Program-made: the position numbers and the translations under genes | Assembly: GCA_024231215.1 (NCBI GenBank) | Contig: JAAEQR010000142.1 | Location: 228,593 to 292,592, forward strand | Origin: PVC group bacterium | Lineage (GTDB): Bacteria; Omnitrophota; Gorgyraeia; B26-G9 | Reading direction: 5' to 3' | DNA: 64,000 nt | In this document: one piece after another, positions 8,211 to 17,178 of the stretch | How the letters are laid out: each line of letters starts with the position of its first letter | Position numbering within the stretch: the stretch's first letter is position 1 | The notes under the pieces: generated by a model | What the model was told of the DNA's origin: nothing | The model's input: the letters and a program-made list of their open reading frames with translations, nothing else | Database searches by the model: none

Positions 8211-9569
8211 CTATAGTCCGTAACGTTTAATCTTATAGTCTAAGTTCCGGCGAGTCATTTTAAGCTTCTGAGCAACCAAGTTTTTATTGCCGCTTGTTTC
8301 GACCAGAGTTTTAGCAATCAACTCTTTCTCAAACTGCTCCACCTTATCCTTCAAAGACTCCTCAGATGCCAGTATATTGTTCGCTTCCGGCGACTGAGCA
8401 AAATCAGAAATACGCTGCGGCAGATCTGTAGCAGCAATAATGTCCTGCTCTCCTAAGGTAACTGCGCTTTCTACTGCATTTTCAAGCTCCCGCACATTAC
8501 CGGGCCAATGATAAGAAAGCATAACATCCATAGCTTCTTCAGAAAATCTTTTAACAGGCTTGCCTGGCATTTGATATTTTTTTAAAAAATGGGGTAAAAG
8601 AAGCGAAATATCTTCTTTTCTTTGCTGTAAAGAAGGTAGATATACAGAAATTACACTAATGCGATAGAAAAGATCTTTTCTAAAGTTACCCCTTTTGACT
8701 TCCTCTTCTAAGTTCCTATTTGTAGCCGCAACAATTCGCACGTCAACTTTAATGTTTTTAGTTGCACCAACCGATCGAATTTCTTTCTCCTGCAATGCCC
8801 TTAATAATTTTGCCTGCATAGCCGGAGATGTCTCTCCTATCTCATCTAAGAATAACGTCCCCCCCACGGCAACCTCAAACAACCCCTGTTTTGTAGATAT
8901 CGCACCGGTAAAAGATCCTTTTACATGTCCAAAAAGTTCGCTCTCTAAAAGATCATCCGGAAGTGCTCCGCAATCTATAGAAACAAACGGTTTTCCCGCC
9001 CTTAGACTATTGTAATGCATTGCTTTGGCAATCAGCTCTTTTCCCGTACCACTTTCCCCGTTAATTAATACTGTAGTATTGGTCTTTGCAACTTTATCAA
9101 CCATATCAAATACTTTTTGCATGGGCTTGCTTTTTCCAATTATATTTGCAAAGCGATAGCGTTCCTTTAATTTTTTCTGTGTTGATTTATCTTCGGAAAA
9201 TATTCTTTTTTGACTAAAAGCCTTCTTTATTACTAACTTTATATCCTGCAGCTTAAACGGCTTGGTTAAATAATCATGTGCTCCATAACGCAAAGATTTT
9301 ACCGCTGTTTCCACAGATGCATAAGCCGTAATAATTAAAACAATAATCTCTGGATTATGCGTTTTTACCTGCCGAAGAAGTTCAAGCCCGCTCACCTCTC
9401 CCATCCGGACATCTGTAATCACCATATCAAATGCCTCTTTACGAAAAAGTTCAAGCCCCTTTTCCGCTGAGACAGCACATTTGACAGAATAGCCTTCATT
9501 TTCTAAAACAACACTAAGCCATTCCAAAAGATCTTTTTCATCATCAACTAAAAGAATACGTCCACTCAT
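8211..9569 (-). CDS. pilR: Sigma54-dependent response regulator PilR (REC-AAA+-HTH)
   Basis: REC domain, sigma54-interaction AAA+ domain (GESGTGKE, GAFTGA-like loop), C-terminal Fis-type HTH. Confidence 0.9.
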   Translation of the reverse strand: MSGRILLVDDEKDLLEWLSVVLENEGYSVKCAVSAEKGLELFRKEAFDMVITDVRMGEVSGLELLRQVKTHNPEIIVLIITAYASVETAVKSLRYGAHDYLTKPFKLQDIKLVIKKAFSQKRIFSEDKSTQKKLKERYRFANIIGKSKPMQKVFDMVDKVAKTNTTVLINGESGTGKELIAKAMHYNSLRAGKPFVSIDCGALPDDLLESELFGHVKGSFTGAISTKQGLFEVAVGGTLFLDEIGETSPAMQAKLLRALQEKEIRSVGATKNIKVDVRIVAATNRNLEEEVKRGNFRKDLFYRISVISVYLPSLQQRKEDISLLLPHFLKKYQMPGKPVKRFSEEAMDVMLSYHWPGNVRELENAVESAVTLGEQDIIAATDLPQRISDFAQSPEANNILASEESLKDKVEQFEKELIAKTLVETSGNKNLVAQKLKMTRRNLDYKIKRYGL

Positions 9570-9585
9570 ATCTTAACTTTCTTTT

Positions 9586-10833
9586 TTAATTATTAATAGG
9601 GAGAGTTACTTTAAACGTCGCCCCCTTCCCTAATACACTAACTACATCAATCGTTCCTTTATGTTCTTTTATTATACTATAAACAATTGACAACCCCAAC
9701 CCCACACCTTTTTCCTTTCCGCTGGAAAAAGGTTCAAATAGATTATTTAAAAGTTCTTTATCTATCCCTACACCATTGTCGCCAATTTCTATTTCTACAA
9801 AGCTTTTTTTCTCATCCATGCTTTGCCTAATCGTAATTTTTCCTTTTTCTCCAACTGCTTCTACCGCATTGATCAATAGATTGAAAAACACCTGCTTAAT
9901 ATGTTCTCCGTCACAACTAACTTTTATTCCTTTAAGACTTTTCGCCTTTTCAATCACGACGCCAGGCTTAAAATCCTTACTATTCTGAACCAGCATCAAA
10001 ACCTCATCCATAAGTTCATCAGTAGAAACAGATTCCAATCGTAATTTTCTAGGCTTAACATATTCCAGCAAACCATTAATAATATTATTTAATCTTGCCG
10101 TTTCCTTTATAATAAGATTGAACAGTTTTTGGCTATTATCATCTAACGTGATCATATCATTTAACGCCTCCACACATCCGGATATTGATGCCAAAGGATT
10201 GCGTATTTCATGCGCCGTGCTTGCCGCTAGTTTGCCTATCGCCGAAAGCCTGTCTTCACGCCGCAACTTTTCCTCTAAAGACATTACGACTTTATCACGT
10301 TTTTTTACCTGCGCAGCAATATACGCGCTTAAAAATCCGATAATACAAAAAACCGTAACCCGTAGATATAGTAAAGAAAAAACATATGTGCTTTCCCTCG
10401 GAAAAATTGAGATAATATTAGACGGCAATGGAATAATCGCGTAATATTCCAAGCTCACAACTGCAGAGTACAAAATACTGCCTAACAATGCAATTATTAC
10501 AGCTGCGCGAGGAGAAATAAGAATACTTGCGGCAATAGAAGAAAGTGGGTACAAAATACCTAATACCGAGTCAATCCCTCCGGTATAATGAATAAGCAAT
10601 GTTTCAAGAGTGAGATCGATTATGATTTGCGCATAAAGAAATCCTACAGTGGTAGAGATTCGGCTTAAGAGAAGCAATGAATATACTATCGTTAATAAAT
10701 AGATACTCGCTACAAAAAGATATACCGGAGTTCGGGCAAGTCCAAACAAAGCAGTATTGACAACTAGTATTACCGTGGCAATACAAAAACGAAAAATGAT
10801 AATTTTATATAACTCAGCTTTATTGTTTAACAT
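9586..10833 (-). CDS. pilS: Sensor histidine kinase PilS (polytopic membrane domain, HisKA, HATPase)
   Basis: About 6 N-terminal TM helices, H-box (STAHEIRNPL), HATPase_c. Sits directly upstream of pilR. Confidence 0.8.
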   Translation of the reverse strand: MLNNKAELYKIIIFRFCIATVILVVNTALFGLARTPVYLFVASIYLLTIVYSLLLLSRISTTVGFLYAQIIIDLTLETLLIHYTGGIDSVLGILYPLSSIAASILISPRAAVIIALLGSILYSAVVSLEYYAIIPLPSNIISIFPRESTYVFSLLYLRVTVFCIIGFLSAYIAAQVKKRDKVVMSLEEKLRREDRLSAIGKLAASTAHEIRNPLASISGCVEALNDMITLDDNSQKLFNLIIKETARLNNIINGLLEYVKPRKLRLESVSTDELMDEVLMLVQNSKDFKPGVVIEKAKSLKGIKVSCDGEHIKQVFFNLLINAVEAVGEKGKITIRQSMDEKKSFVEIEIGDNGVGIDKELLNNLFEPFSSGKEKGVGLGLSIVYSIIKEHKGTIDVVSVLGKGATFKVTLPINN

Positions 10834-10850
10834 TGAAATTATTAGAAGAT

Positions 10851-11384
10851 CTATCCCTCAATCGCTGCATCTTCCTGCTGTTTCCCCTCTTCCTTGCTTT
10901 CTGTTTGCGCTTTAGGTTCTTCCTCTTCAAAAAGATATTTATAAGGCTCTTCCATCTGTGGCTCCAGCGGATATTGCTGAAATCCGGCTTCTTCTTGAGT
11001 CATCTTACCCCATTGCTTCTGACCAGAAGTAATAGACTCATTATTCTCACGATGCTCTTCGGGTATAGCATCTTTATTCTGCGGATCTTCTATAAACGGA
11101 TCAACATACTTCTTTTCCATCTCTTTCGGGAAATAATAAGAATGTTTCGCTCTCTGTATCGGCGCCTGCGCCCTGGTCCCTAAAGGCGCTTTTGAGGGTG
11201 AACCATAATTAGTTTTATATATACGCACCGGCTTTTTATCAGTAACCTGATCCCCCGGCTTTTGGTCTTTTAATATCTGGGTTTTTTGAGATACACGCTG
11301 CATTGTATTACTCACGCCAAAAATAACAATAACAACTAATACCAAAGCTGCCGCAATTAAAATACTCTTTACTTTTTTATCCAT
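10851..11384 (-). CDS. Hypothetical membrane-anchored, acidic/disordered protein
   Basis: 177 aa with an N-terminal TM and a low-complexity Pro/Glu/Lys/Gln-rich remainder. No recognisable domain. Confidence 0.45.
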   Translation of the reverse strand: MDKKVKSILIAAALVLVVIVIFGVSNTMQRVSQKTQILKDQKPGDQVTDKKPVRIYKTNYGSPSKAPLGTRAQAPIQRAKHSYYFPKEMEKKYVDPFIEDPQNKDAIPEEHRENNESITSGQKQWGKMTQEEAGFQQYPLEPQMEEPYKYLFEEEEPKAQTESKEEGKQQEDAAIEG

Positions 11385-11429
11385 AACTTCCCTCTTTAAT
11401 TATTATATTAGCACCCCTGTAGTATATTA

Positions 11430-11465
11430 ATACAGCCCTTTTCGAAAACACTCTAAGGGCTGTAT
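11430..11465. repeat. 11-bp perfect inverted repeat (ATACAGCCCTT ... AAGGGCTGTAT)
   Basis: Read from the sequence. It lies in the 300-bp gap between the PilX_N gene and the 177-aa gene. Confidence 0.4.
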
Positions 11466-11688
11466 AATTTGGCTTTATATATTAGTATACTACGTTCTTC
11501 CCGATTAATCCATCATTCTGTATTCAACCCAGAATTTGCATTAGGACACAACGAATAGCACTAATCTTTTTGGCTTAAACAAATTACAAAAAGACTCGAC
11601 GTACCCAAAGAGTATGCCTGCATTTTTTGTAACTGTTTCAGCTCAAAAATCTTAGCACTCTTCATCTGTGTCTAATTCAAAATCTAGG

Positions 11689-14427
11689 TTAAAAACTAAT
11701 TTGATTGAAAAAATCAATACTTACTTCTTGCCATAAAGACTCTGAACCTCCGAAGAAAACATCCGAAGGAGAGCGTGTAGCCGTCTTAAATCTTCGATCA
11801 TAGGACAAGTAAACTTTAGACGGAGATTTTAGAGCAAAATAACTTGTCCAGCTTCCGCCGACCTTTCTACCCCGGCTGCTCTGCCCTAAACTCGTCGATT
11901 TATACGATGAACTCCATTCATAATCTACAAAATCATATTTTGGAGCTGTGAATTCTCCGTTTTTATCCAAAATAAAAAATGCACCGGATAAAATTTTATC
12001 GCGGTCAACCGTCTTCTTATTTGCTGAATCCCAGTAACTCCAGTTCTCTAATGTTTCTCCCTTAGTTCCACGATTGCAGGCAAGAACCGTATTGTATTTA
12101 TGATGTTCATACACCCGGTTAGGCATCATACCATAAGTATAATTCTCTCCACTTGCCGGCCAGCTGAATGTAGCTGTCTTTGTACCGCTCGGATCGTGAT
12201 GCCAAAATAGACGCTTATAAGTATCGTCTTTACTAACAATTCCATTTTTAATATTTACTTCATTAGCATCTGATATAGATGGATAATAATCTTCCCATTG
12301 ATAATTTAGTCGCCAATGTTCAACCCAAAACCCGCCTCCTTTGTTTGGATCAGATTCTGCATAAATTCCGCTTGCCGCATCTTTCTTAACATACATATAA
12401 GGATAATCACGATAATGCGAAGTAGCCGGGCTTACCTGAGGATCATTGAAATCATCAGATAAGGTATATACCCTTTTCTTACTAACAATCGCGCTGGTCA
12501 CCCAGTCTGCTGTATTGTAATTTCCTTTCAGGTAAATATTTTCTTCTCCCAAAACCGTAAATCCATAATTTGCCATCTTACGCGGAAGTTTTTTCGCGTT
12601 TGCCAAACGTAAAGGAACTTTCGTATAAAGGATTCCGTTGTCCGGATAATTCCCGGCTTTTTGCATTTCATCTACATCTATTTCAAGAATCACATTCCAC
12701 TTATTCGTTCTTGTGTTAATAAATTCAACTTTTTTGGCTACATTATATGTATGTCCGTTATTTAAATCTGTTACTGCATCATCAATGCTTTTTTCAAGGA
12801 TATTCTGCCATTCGTTGTAGTCATTAAATTTACCGTCAAAATCTGTATGCAAATCAACATATAATCCGCCGCGTTCTGCCAACTTTGCATAGGCAGTATC
12901 AAATTCAGGCGGAGTCAAATATTCACCACCGGTATTACAATCCCGCACAATACCATCTAAACCAGCAGAATTCTTTAAAAAATCTTCCCATGCTGTCGGC
13001 TGTTTTTTTGTTTCTAAATGTTTTACCGGGATAGTTCCTCCACCCGCACGTTCATCTCCATATGTCCCGTCAAATACTACTTCAGGATTAAAAAAATCCG
13101 GCCAATCAGAATGACTCCCACGCGCTTTCCAATAATCAGGACTGCGAAACATCTCCCAATACGTTTTAGCATTCGGATGTTTTCCTAATTTAGATTTATC
13201 AACCCAAACCACCTTGCCTGATTCTATATCCCACCATGTATCTTTTACATCAACTTTCTTATTTCCTTTATCATATGTCCAGAAAGACACCGGAGTCTCG
13301 CTTGAGGCATCACCACTGCCATAAGCATCTCCTTTATACTTCTGCCACATCCAGGTCTCATCTATTTCTGCGGGAAGCTCATCCCATTTTCCGGAAATTA
13401 TTTCACCGGTATCTTCATCTATCCCCTCATAAGGCTGTAACCACAGATTGTATTTATTTAAAGGCTTACCACTATCATTCACCACCCCATAATAAGAAGA
13501 TCCTGATGGAATCTCATTCCAGGGCAGCCTATCCCCGCTAAAAGCCCATTCTGTAGAACGATACGCCTCTCCCGGAAAGTAAGCAGCAAAGTCCCTAGCT
13601 TGAGATCTCCAATTCCAATGCCGGGTGCCATATTTATCCCAAGAATAATATCCCCATGGACCCGGATCATCCTTACCATCTCTTCTAAAAACATCACCCG
13701 GGTCATCTAATCTCATGATCGGCGCTTTTCCGTCCATAGTCCCATCGTAACGATCAGCATAATAAGGCGCCGGATAGCGATCATAGCACTGGTAATAAAT
13801 AGTCCCTTCATCTCCTGTACTTAACTCACTGATATTTTCCAAGGCAACATGTGAATCTATCTTGATATTCCCGTTGGTATGAATTCCTCCCCCATTAAGC
13901 CTGGGATGACTTCCTACCGAATTATTAAGATCAATACTATATGGACTATAGAAAAAGAAATCATAAATACCCCTCCGACTCAAGGTACAGGTTACCGCAC
14001 GTTGTTCATTCCCATCCATCCCCATGGCTACAACCACAGTCTTGTCTTCATCAATCTGATCCTGATAAGCCTTGACCATAAAGGTTCCGTCATCAGATAT
14101 ATAAAACCCGCCCCCGTCAAAAGAACAATCCGTTCTAAGCTTCTGATGGTAACCGGAATCTGAAGAATCTACCGGCAACAATGTATCTCTATCATCATTC
14201 CATTTATGGGTATACCACTGAGATGCAAACTCCTGAGATTCATAGGTAGCATAAGCAAGTCCCATCTCTGCGAAACTAAGCGCTTTCTTCCCTTCCACTT
14301 CTTTAGTAACACTCTTACGCTCACTAATCACCAGCATAAATAAAGAGGCCGACACAACAATAAGAACAAACATTACAATGTAGGTTGAAATTAGGATAGT
14401 TCCCTTTTTATTTAGTAGTAGTCTCAT
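11689..14427 (-). CDS. Large PilX_N-domain protein, putative pilus tip-associated protein (PilY1/PilX-like)
   Basis: 912 aa. The N-terminus (KKGTILISTYIVMFVLIVVSASLFMLVISERKS...ALSFAEMGLAYA) resembles the PilX N-terminal pseudopilin-like domain. Trp/Tyr/Asp/Gly-rich, non-repetitive periplasmic region. Sits downstream of two minor pilins. Confidence 0.5.
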   Translation of the reverse strand: MRLLLNKKGTILISTYIVMFVLIVVSASLFMLVISERKSVTKEVEGKKALSFAEMGLAYATYESQEFASQWYTHKWNDDRDTLLPVDSSDSGYHQKLRTDCSFDGGGFYISDDGTFMVKAYQDQIDEDKTVVVAMGMDGNEQRAVTCTLSRRGIYDFFFYSPYSIDLNNSVGSHPRLNGGGIHTNGNIKIDSHVALENISELSTGDEGTIYYQCYDRYPAPYYADRYDGTMDGKAPIMRLDDPGDVFRRDGKDDPGPWGYYSWDKYGTRHWNWRSQARDFAAYFPGEAYRSTEWAFSGDRLPWNEIPSGSSYYGVVNDSGKPLNKYNLWLQPYEGIDEDTGEIISGKWDELPAEIDETWMWQKYKGDAYGSGDASSETPVSFWTYDKGNKKVDVKDTWWDIESGKVVWVDKSKLGKHPNAKTYWEMFRSPDYWKARGSHSDWPDFFNPEVVFDGTYGDERAGGGTIPVKHLETKKQPTAWEDFLKNSAGLDGIVRDCNTGGEYLTPPEFDTAYAKLAERGGLYVDLHTDFDGKFNDYNEWQNILEKSIDDAVTDLNNGHTYNVAKKVEFINTRTNKWNVILEIDVDEMQKAGNYPDNGILYTKVPLRLANAKKLPRKMANYGFTVLGEENIYLKGNYNTADWVTSAIVSKKRVYTLSDDFNDPQVSPATSHYRDYPYMYVKKDAASGIYAESDPNKGGGFWVEHWRLNYQWEDYYPSISDANEVNIKNGIVSKDDTYKRLFWHHDPSGTKTATFSWPASGENYTYGMMPNRVYEHHKYNTVLACNRGTKGETLENWSYWDSANKKTVDRDKILSGAFFILDKNGEFTAPKYDFVDYEWSSSYKSTSLGQSSRGRKVGGSWTSYFALKSPSKVYLSYDRRFKTATRSPSDVFFGGSESLWQEVSIDFFNQISF

Positions 14428-14439
14428 TGTCCCCTCCTT

Positions 14440-15084
14440 TTAATTGCGCCAGTACACCCTATTATTCAAGGTTATATTCAATGGATCACTCAAACATCGC
14501 CCTCTGAGTGTATCCTTTTCCGTCTTAATTTCAATCTCTACAAGTTCAATTAAAGAATCCACAACATACCCTTTTGATCCTGCATCATATTTATATCCTG
14601 TCACTTTAAAATCAGCTACATCTTCGGATGTTATAACCTGATCAATCAAAGTATTACTATCGTCCCAAACCCTGCGTAATATCTGGTTTGAGCTATCATC
14701 CCAACAATACTCAATAGACCAATCTATATTAGCTTCAGCTCCCCATTCAATCCGCCCATACGCATCCAAGCCCACCGGAACCTGAAAAACAATACTTTTA
14801 CCGGCATTAGGATTAGCTGCTGCCCCCCCCTGGTCTATAGGCATATCATATATTTCCGCATAGGTCCCCTTAGAAACTCTCATCTCCTTTACCATATCAT
14901 TAACAACTTTTCTAGCCTGTTTAGATATATCCCATTTGCCCAAGCACTGATCCGTAAAATAATTATGTGATATGAGAGCGCTGAACAATGTTCCGATCAC
15001 CACGGTATAAATTCCCAAAGACACAATCATCTCTGTTAAAGTAAAACCACTTTTATCCGTTAAATATCTTTTTTTAAATTTCAC
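14440..15084 (-). CDS. Minor pilin (prepilin-type N-terminal cleavage/methylation domain, PilW/FimT-like)
   Basis: SG|FTLTEMIVSLGIYTVVIGTLFSAL class III signal. Confidence 0.7.
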   Translation of the reverse strand: MKFKKRYLTDKSGFTLTEMIVSLGIYTVVIGTLFSALISHNYFTDQCLGKWDISKQARKVVNDMVKEMRVSKGTYAEIYDMPIDQGGAAANPNAGKSIVFQVPVGLDAYGRIEWGAEANIDWSIEYCWDDSSNQILRRVWDDSNTLIDQVITSEDVADFKVTGYKYDAGSKGYVVDSLIELVEIEIKTEKDTLRGRCLSDPLNITLNNRVYWRN

Positions 15085-15097
15085 TTAACCCATCCTC

Positions 15098-15556
15098 CTA
15101 TTTATAAATAATTGCTGTTTCCATAGAACAAGGAGAATCTATTTGCCCATTACCATTCTCATCTTCTCCTCCGTCTAATACCCCGTTCAGGTTTTGATCT
15201 TCACCAATAACCCGGGTGCGCTGCCTCCAGCATACAACAACTTTTACCTTCATTAAGAAATCCGTTTCTATTTCATTAACATACACTACACCTATATTTT
15301 CAACCCCACGATTATCTAATTCATTTAAAGTAAATGAATTGCCCGCATAAACCGAAACAATATCATCGTAAGGCACATTACGGATTCCATCTATCATACC
15401 TTCGACCGCATGCATAGCCGGGGTTATATTTTCATTTAACTCATTCATTTGAAATAAATAATTAGTAGCCTGAAACGACGCTCCAAGAGCAATTGCCATA
15501 ACTGCCACTGAAATCAAAATCTCCACAAGTGTAAATCCTTTTTTCGCTTGTAGCAT
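15098..15556 (-). CDS. Minor pilin (PilV/GspH-like pseudopilin)
   Basis: MLQAKKG|FTLVEILISVAVMAIALG. The likely start is the ATG at about 15556 with an AAAGGGGA Shine-Dalgarno. The track's GTG at 15574 would abut the leader terminator. Confidence 0.7.
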   Translation of the reverse strand: MLQAKKGFTLVEILISVAVMAIALGASFQATNYLFQMNELNENITPAMHAVEGMIDGIRNVPYDDIVSVYAGNSFTLNELDNRGVENIGVVYVNEIETDFLMKVKVVVCWRQRTRVIGEDQNLNGVLDGGEDENGNGQIDSPCSMETAIIYK

Positions 15557-15579
15557 AAACTTTCCCCTTTCCACTCCAT

Positions 15580-15742
15580 AAAAAAATAGACCGAATTACC
15601 ATCCTTTACTTCGGTAACTCGGCCGCCATTAATTTCTCCCCCTCAATTCGGTATCCCGGCTATCTGAAAGGAAAAACCTTTAGACCCGTAGCTTTGCGTC
15701 CCTAATTTTCACTAGGTTTGCCATTGTCGGTAAAAGGGCATA
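15580..15742 (-). ncRNA. c-di-GMP-I (GEMM) riboswitch with intrinsic-terminator expression platform
   Basis: Minus strand reads ...ACAATGGCAAACCUAGUGAAAAUUAGGGACGCAAAGCUACGGGUCUAAAGG...GAUAGCCGGGAUACCGAAUUGAGG.... This carries the GEMM hallmarks GGCAAACC, a GAAA-tetraloop P1 hairpin, GGGACGCAAAGCUACGGGUCU and GGGAUACC. Downstream, UUACCGAAG...AAUUCGGUCUAUUUUUUU forms a terminator hairpin. Its 3' arm can alternatively pair with the aptamer's ACCGAAUU. Confidence 0.8.
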
Positions 15743-15854
15743 AAATTATATAATATTGTCTCTTTACACTCCTATTTTAAGTATACCCTATCCAGCCGGC
15801 TTTGTCAATGCTTTTACAATTGGTTTAACTGATTGACACCACTAATGTTAGTGT

Positions 15855-17060
15855 CTATCCGATAAGTTCCCCAATCTTTAAAATCGGTAAGAACATAGCG
15901 ATAACAATACCCCCTACAACAATACCCAAAAAGGCGATAATCAGAGGCTCTATTAAACTCGTAAGACCGCTTACTGCCGTATCTACCTGATCTTCATAAA
16001 AATCAGCAATTTTGCTTAACATTTTTTCTAATTCGCCGGATTCTTCTCCCACCGTAATCATCCTTGTAACCATCGGTGGAAATGCTCTGCTTTTTGCCAA
16101 TGGAGCAGAAATGCTTTCTCCTTCTCTAATTCCAACTCTCGCACTATCAACCGCTCCTTCAATAACCGTATTACCGGATGTCTTTCCCACAATTTCCAAT
16201 GCCCCTAAAATCGGTACACCGCTTCTAATAAGTGTCGAAAGGGTCCGGGAAAATCTAGCTACAGCTACTTTTCGCAGCAGCGGCCCGAAAACAGGAATAT
16301 TCAATTTCATTTGGTCAAATCTCTTTTTACCCACAGGAGTTTGAATAATTTTGCCTATAATAAAAATAAATCCAACAAGCCCGATTACACAATAAATAAA
16401 ATATGCGCGAAGCATATCCGAAAAATTAATAAGCAGCTGAGTTGGAAGCGGCAAAGTACCTCCTAATGATTCAAATATCTCTTTAAATGTAGGAATAACC
16501 TTTAATAACAAAACCAGCGTAATCCCCATCGCCATCAGAGAAACAACTGCGGGATAAACCATAGCTGACTTTACTTTTCCAGCCAATTTATTACTCTTCT
16601 CTAAGTAGCCGGCAAGCCTGTCTAAAATTTCATCAAGCATACCACTTGTCTCTCCAGCTCTCACCATATTGGTATAAAGTAATGTGAAAATCTTTGGATG
16701 TTTCTCCAAAGCCGCTGATAAACTTGCCCCTGCTTCAACATCTCCTCTTACCTCGGTAACTACCTGCCTAAAGATAGGGCTTTCCAGCTGTTCGCTTAAG
16801 ATATCCAAACTCTGCACCAATGGAATACCTGCATTAACCATTGTCGCTAACTGCCGGGAAAAGATTACTAATTCTTCAGATTTTACCGTTTTATTACGAA
16901 CCTTCTTTATAATGCTGGATTTCTTTTGCTCTGTTACTGAAATGATAATTAAATTCTTAACCCTCAACATATCCAAGGCTATTGCTCTATCTTTTGCCTC
17001 AATTAAATCATTAATCGTATTTCCTTCTTCATCCTTGGCTACATATTTAAAATATGCCAT
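15855..17060 (-). CDS. pilC: Type IV pilus platform protein PilC (GspF family)
   Basis: MAYFKYVAKDEEGN... start with two GspF repeats. The track start at 17084 adds 8 residues. Confidence 0.9.
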   Translation of the reverse strand: MAYFKYVAKDEEGNTINDLIEAKDRAIALDMLRVKNLIIISVTEQKKSSIIKKVRNKTVKSEELVIFSRQLATMVNAGIPLVQSLDILSEQLESPIFRQVVTEVRGDVEAGASLSAALEKHPKIFTLLYTNMVRAGETSGMLDEILDRLAGYLEKSNKLAGKVKSAMVYPAVVSLMAMGITLVLLLKVIPTFKEIFESLGGTLPLPTQLLINFSDMLRAYFIYCVIGLVGFIFIIGKIIQTPVGKKRFDQMKLNIPVFGPLLRKVAVARFSRTLSTLIRSGVPILGALEIVGKTSGNTVIEGAVDSARVGIREGESISAPLAKSRAFPPMVTRMITVGEESGELEKMLSKIADFYEDQVDTAVSGLTSLIEPLIIAFLGIVVGGIVIAMFLPILKIGELIG

Positions 17061-17178
17061 ACAGCCTCCTTTTTTAAGCAACAAACAGCAATAAAATATC
17101 TAAAAATCATAATTTACAAATTACCAGCTACTATTTATAACTATTATATATTATTTCTTTTTATAAAGAAATATTTTT

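Noticed and set aside
17085-17178. Hairpin ATTTCTTT-ttat-AAAGAAAT between pilC and pilB1
   Set aside because: It is AT-only and weak. It is followed by a T-run only on the plus strand, where there is no gene. It is probably not a functional terminator for the minus-strand operon.
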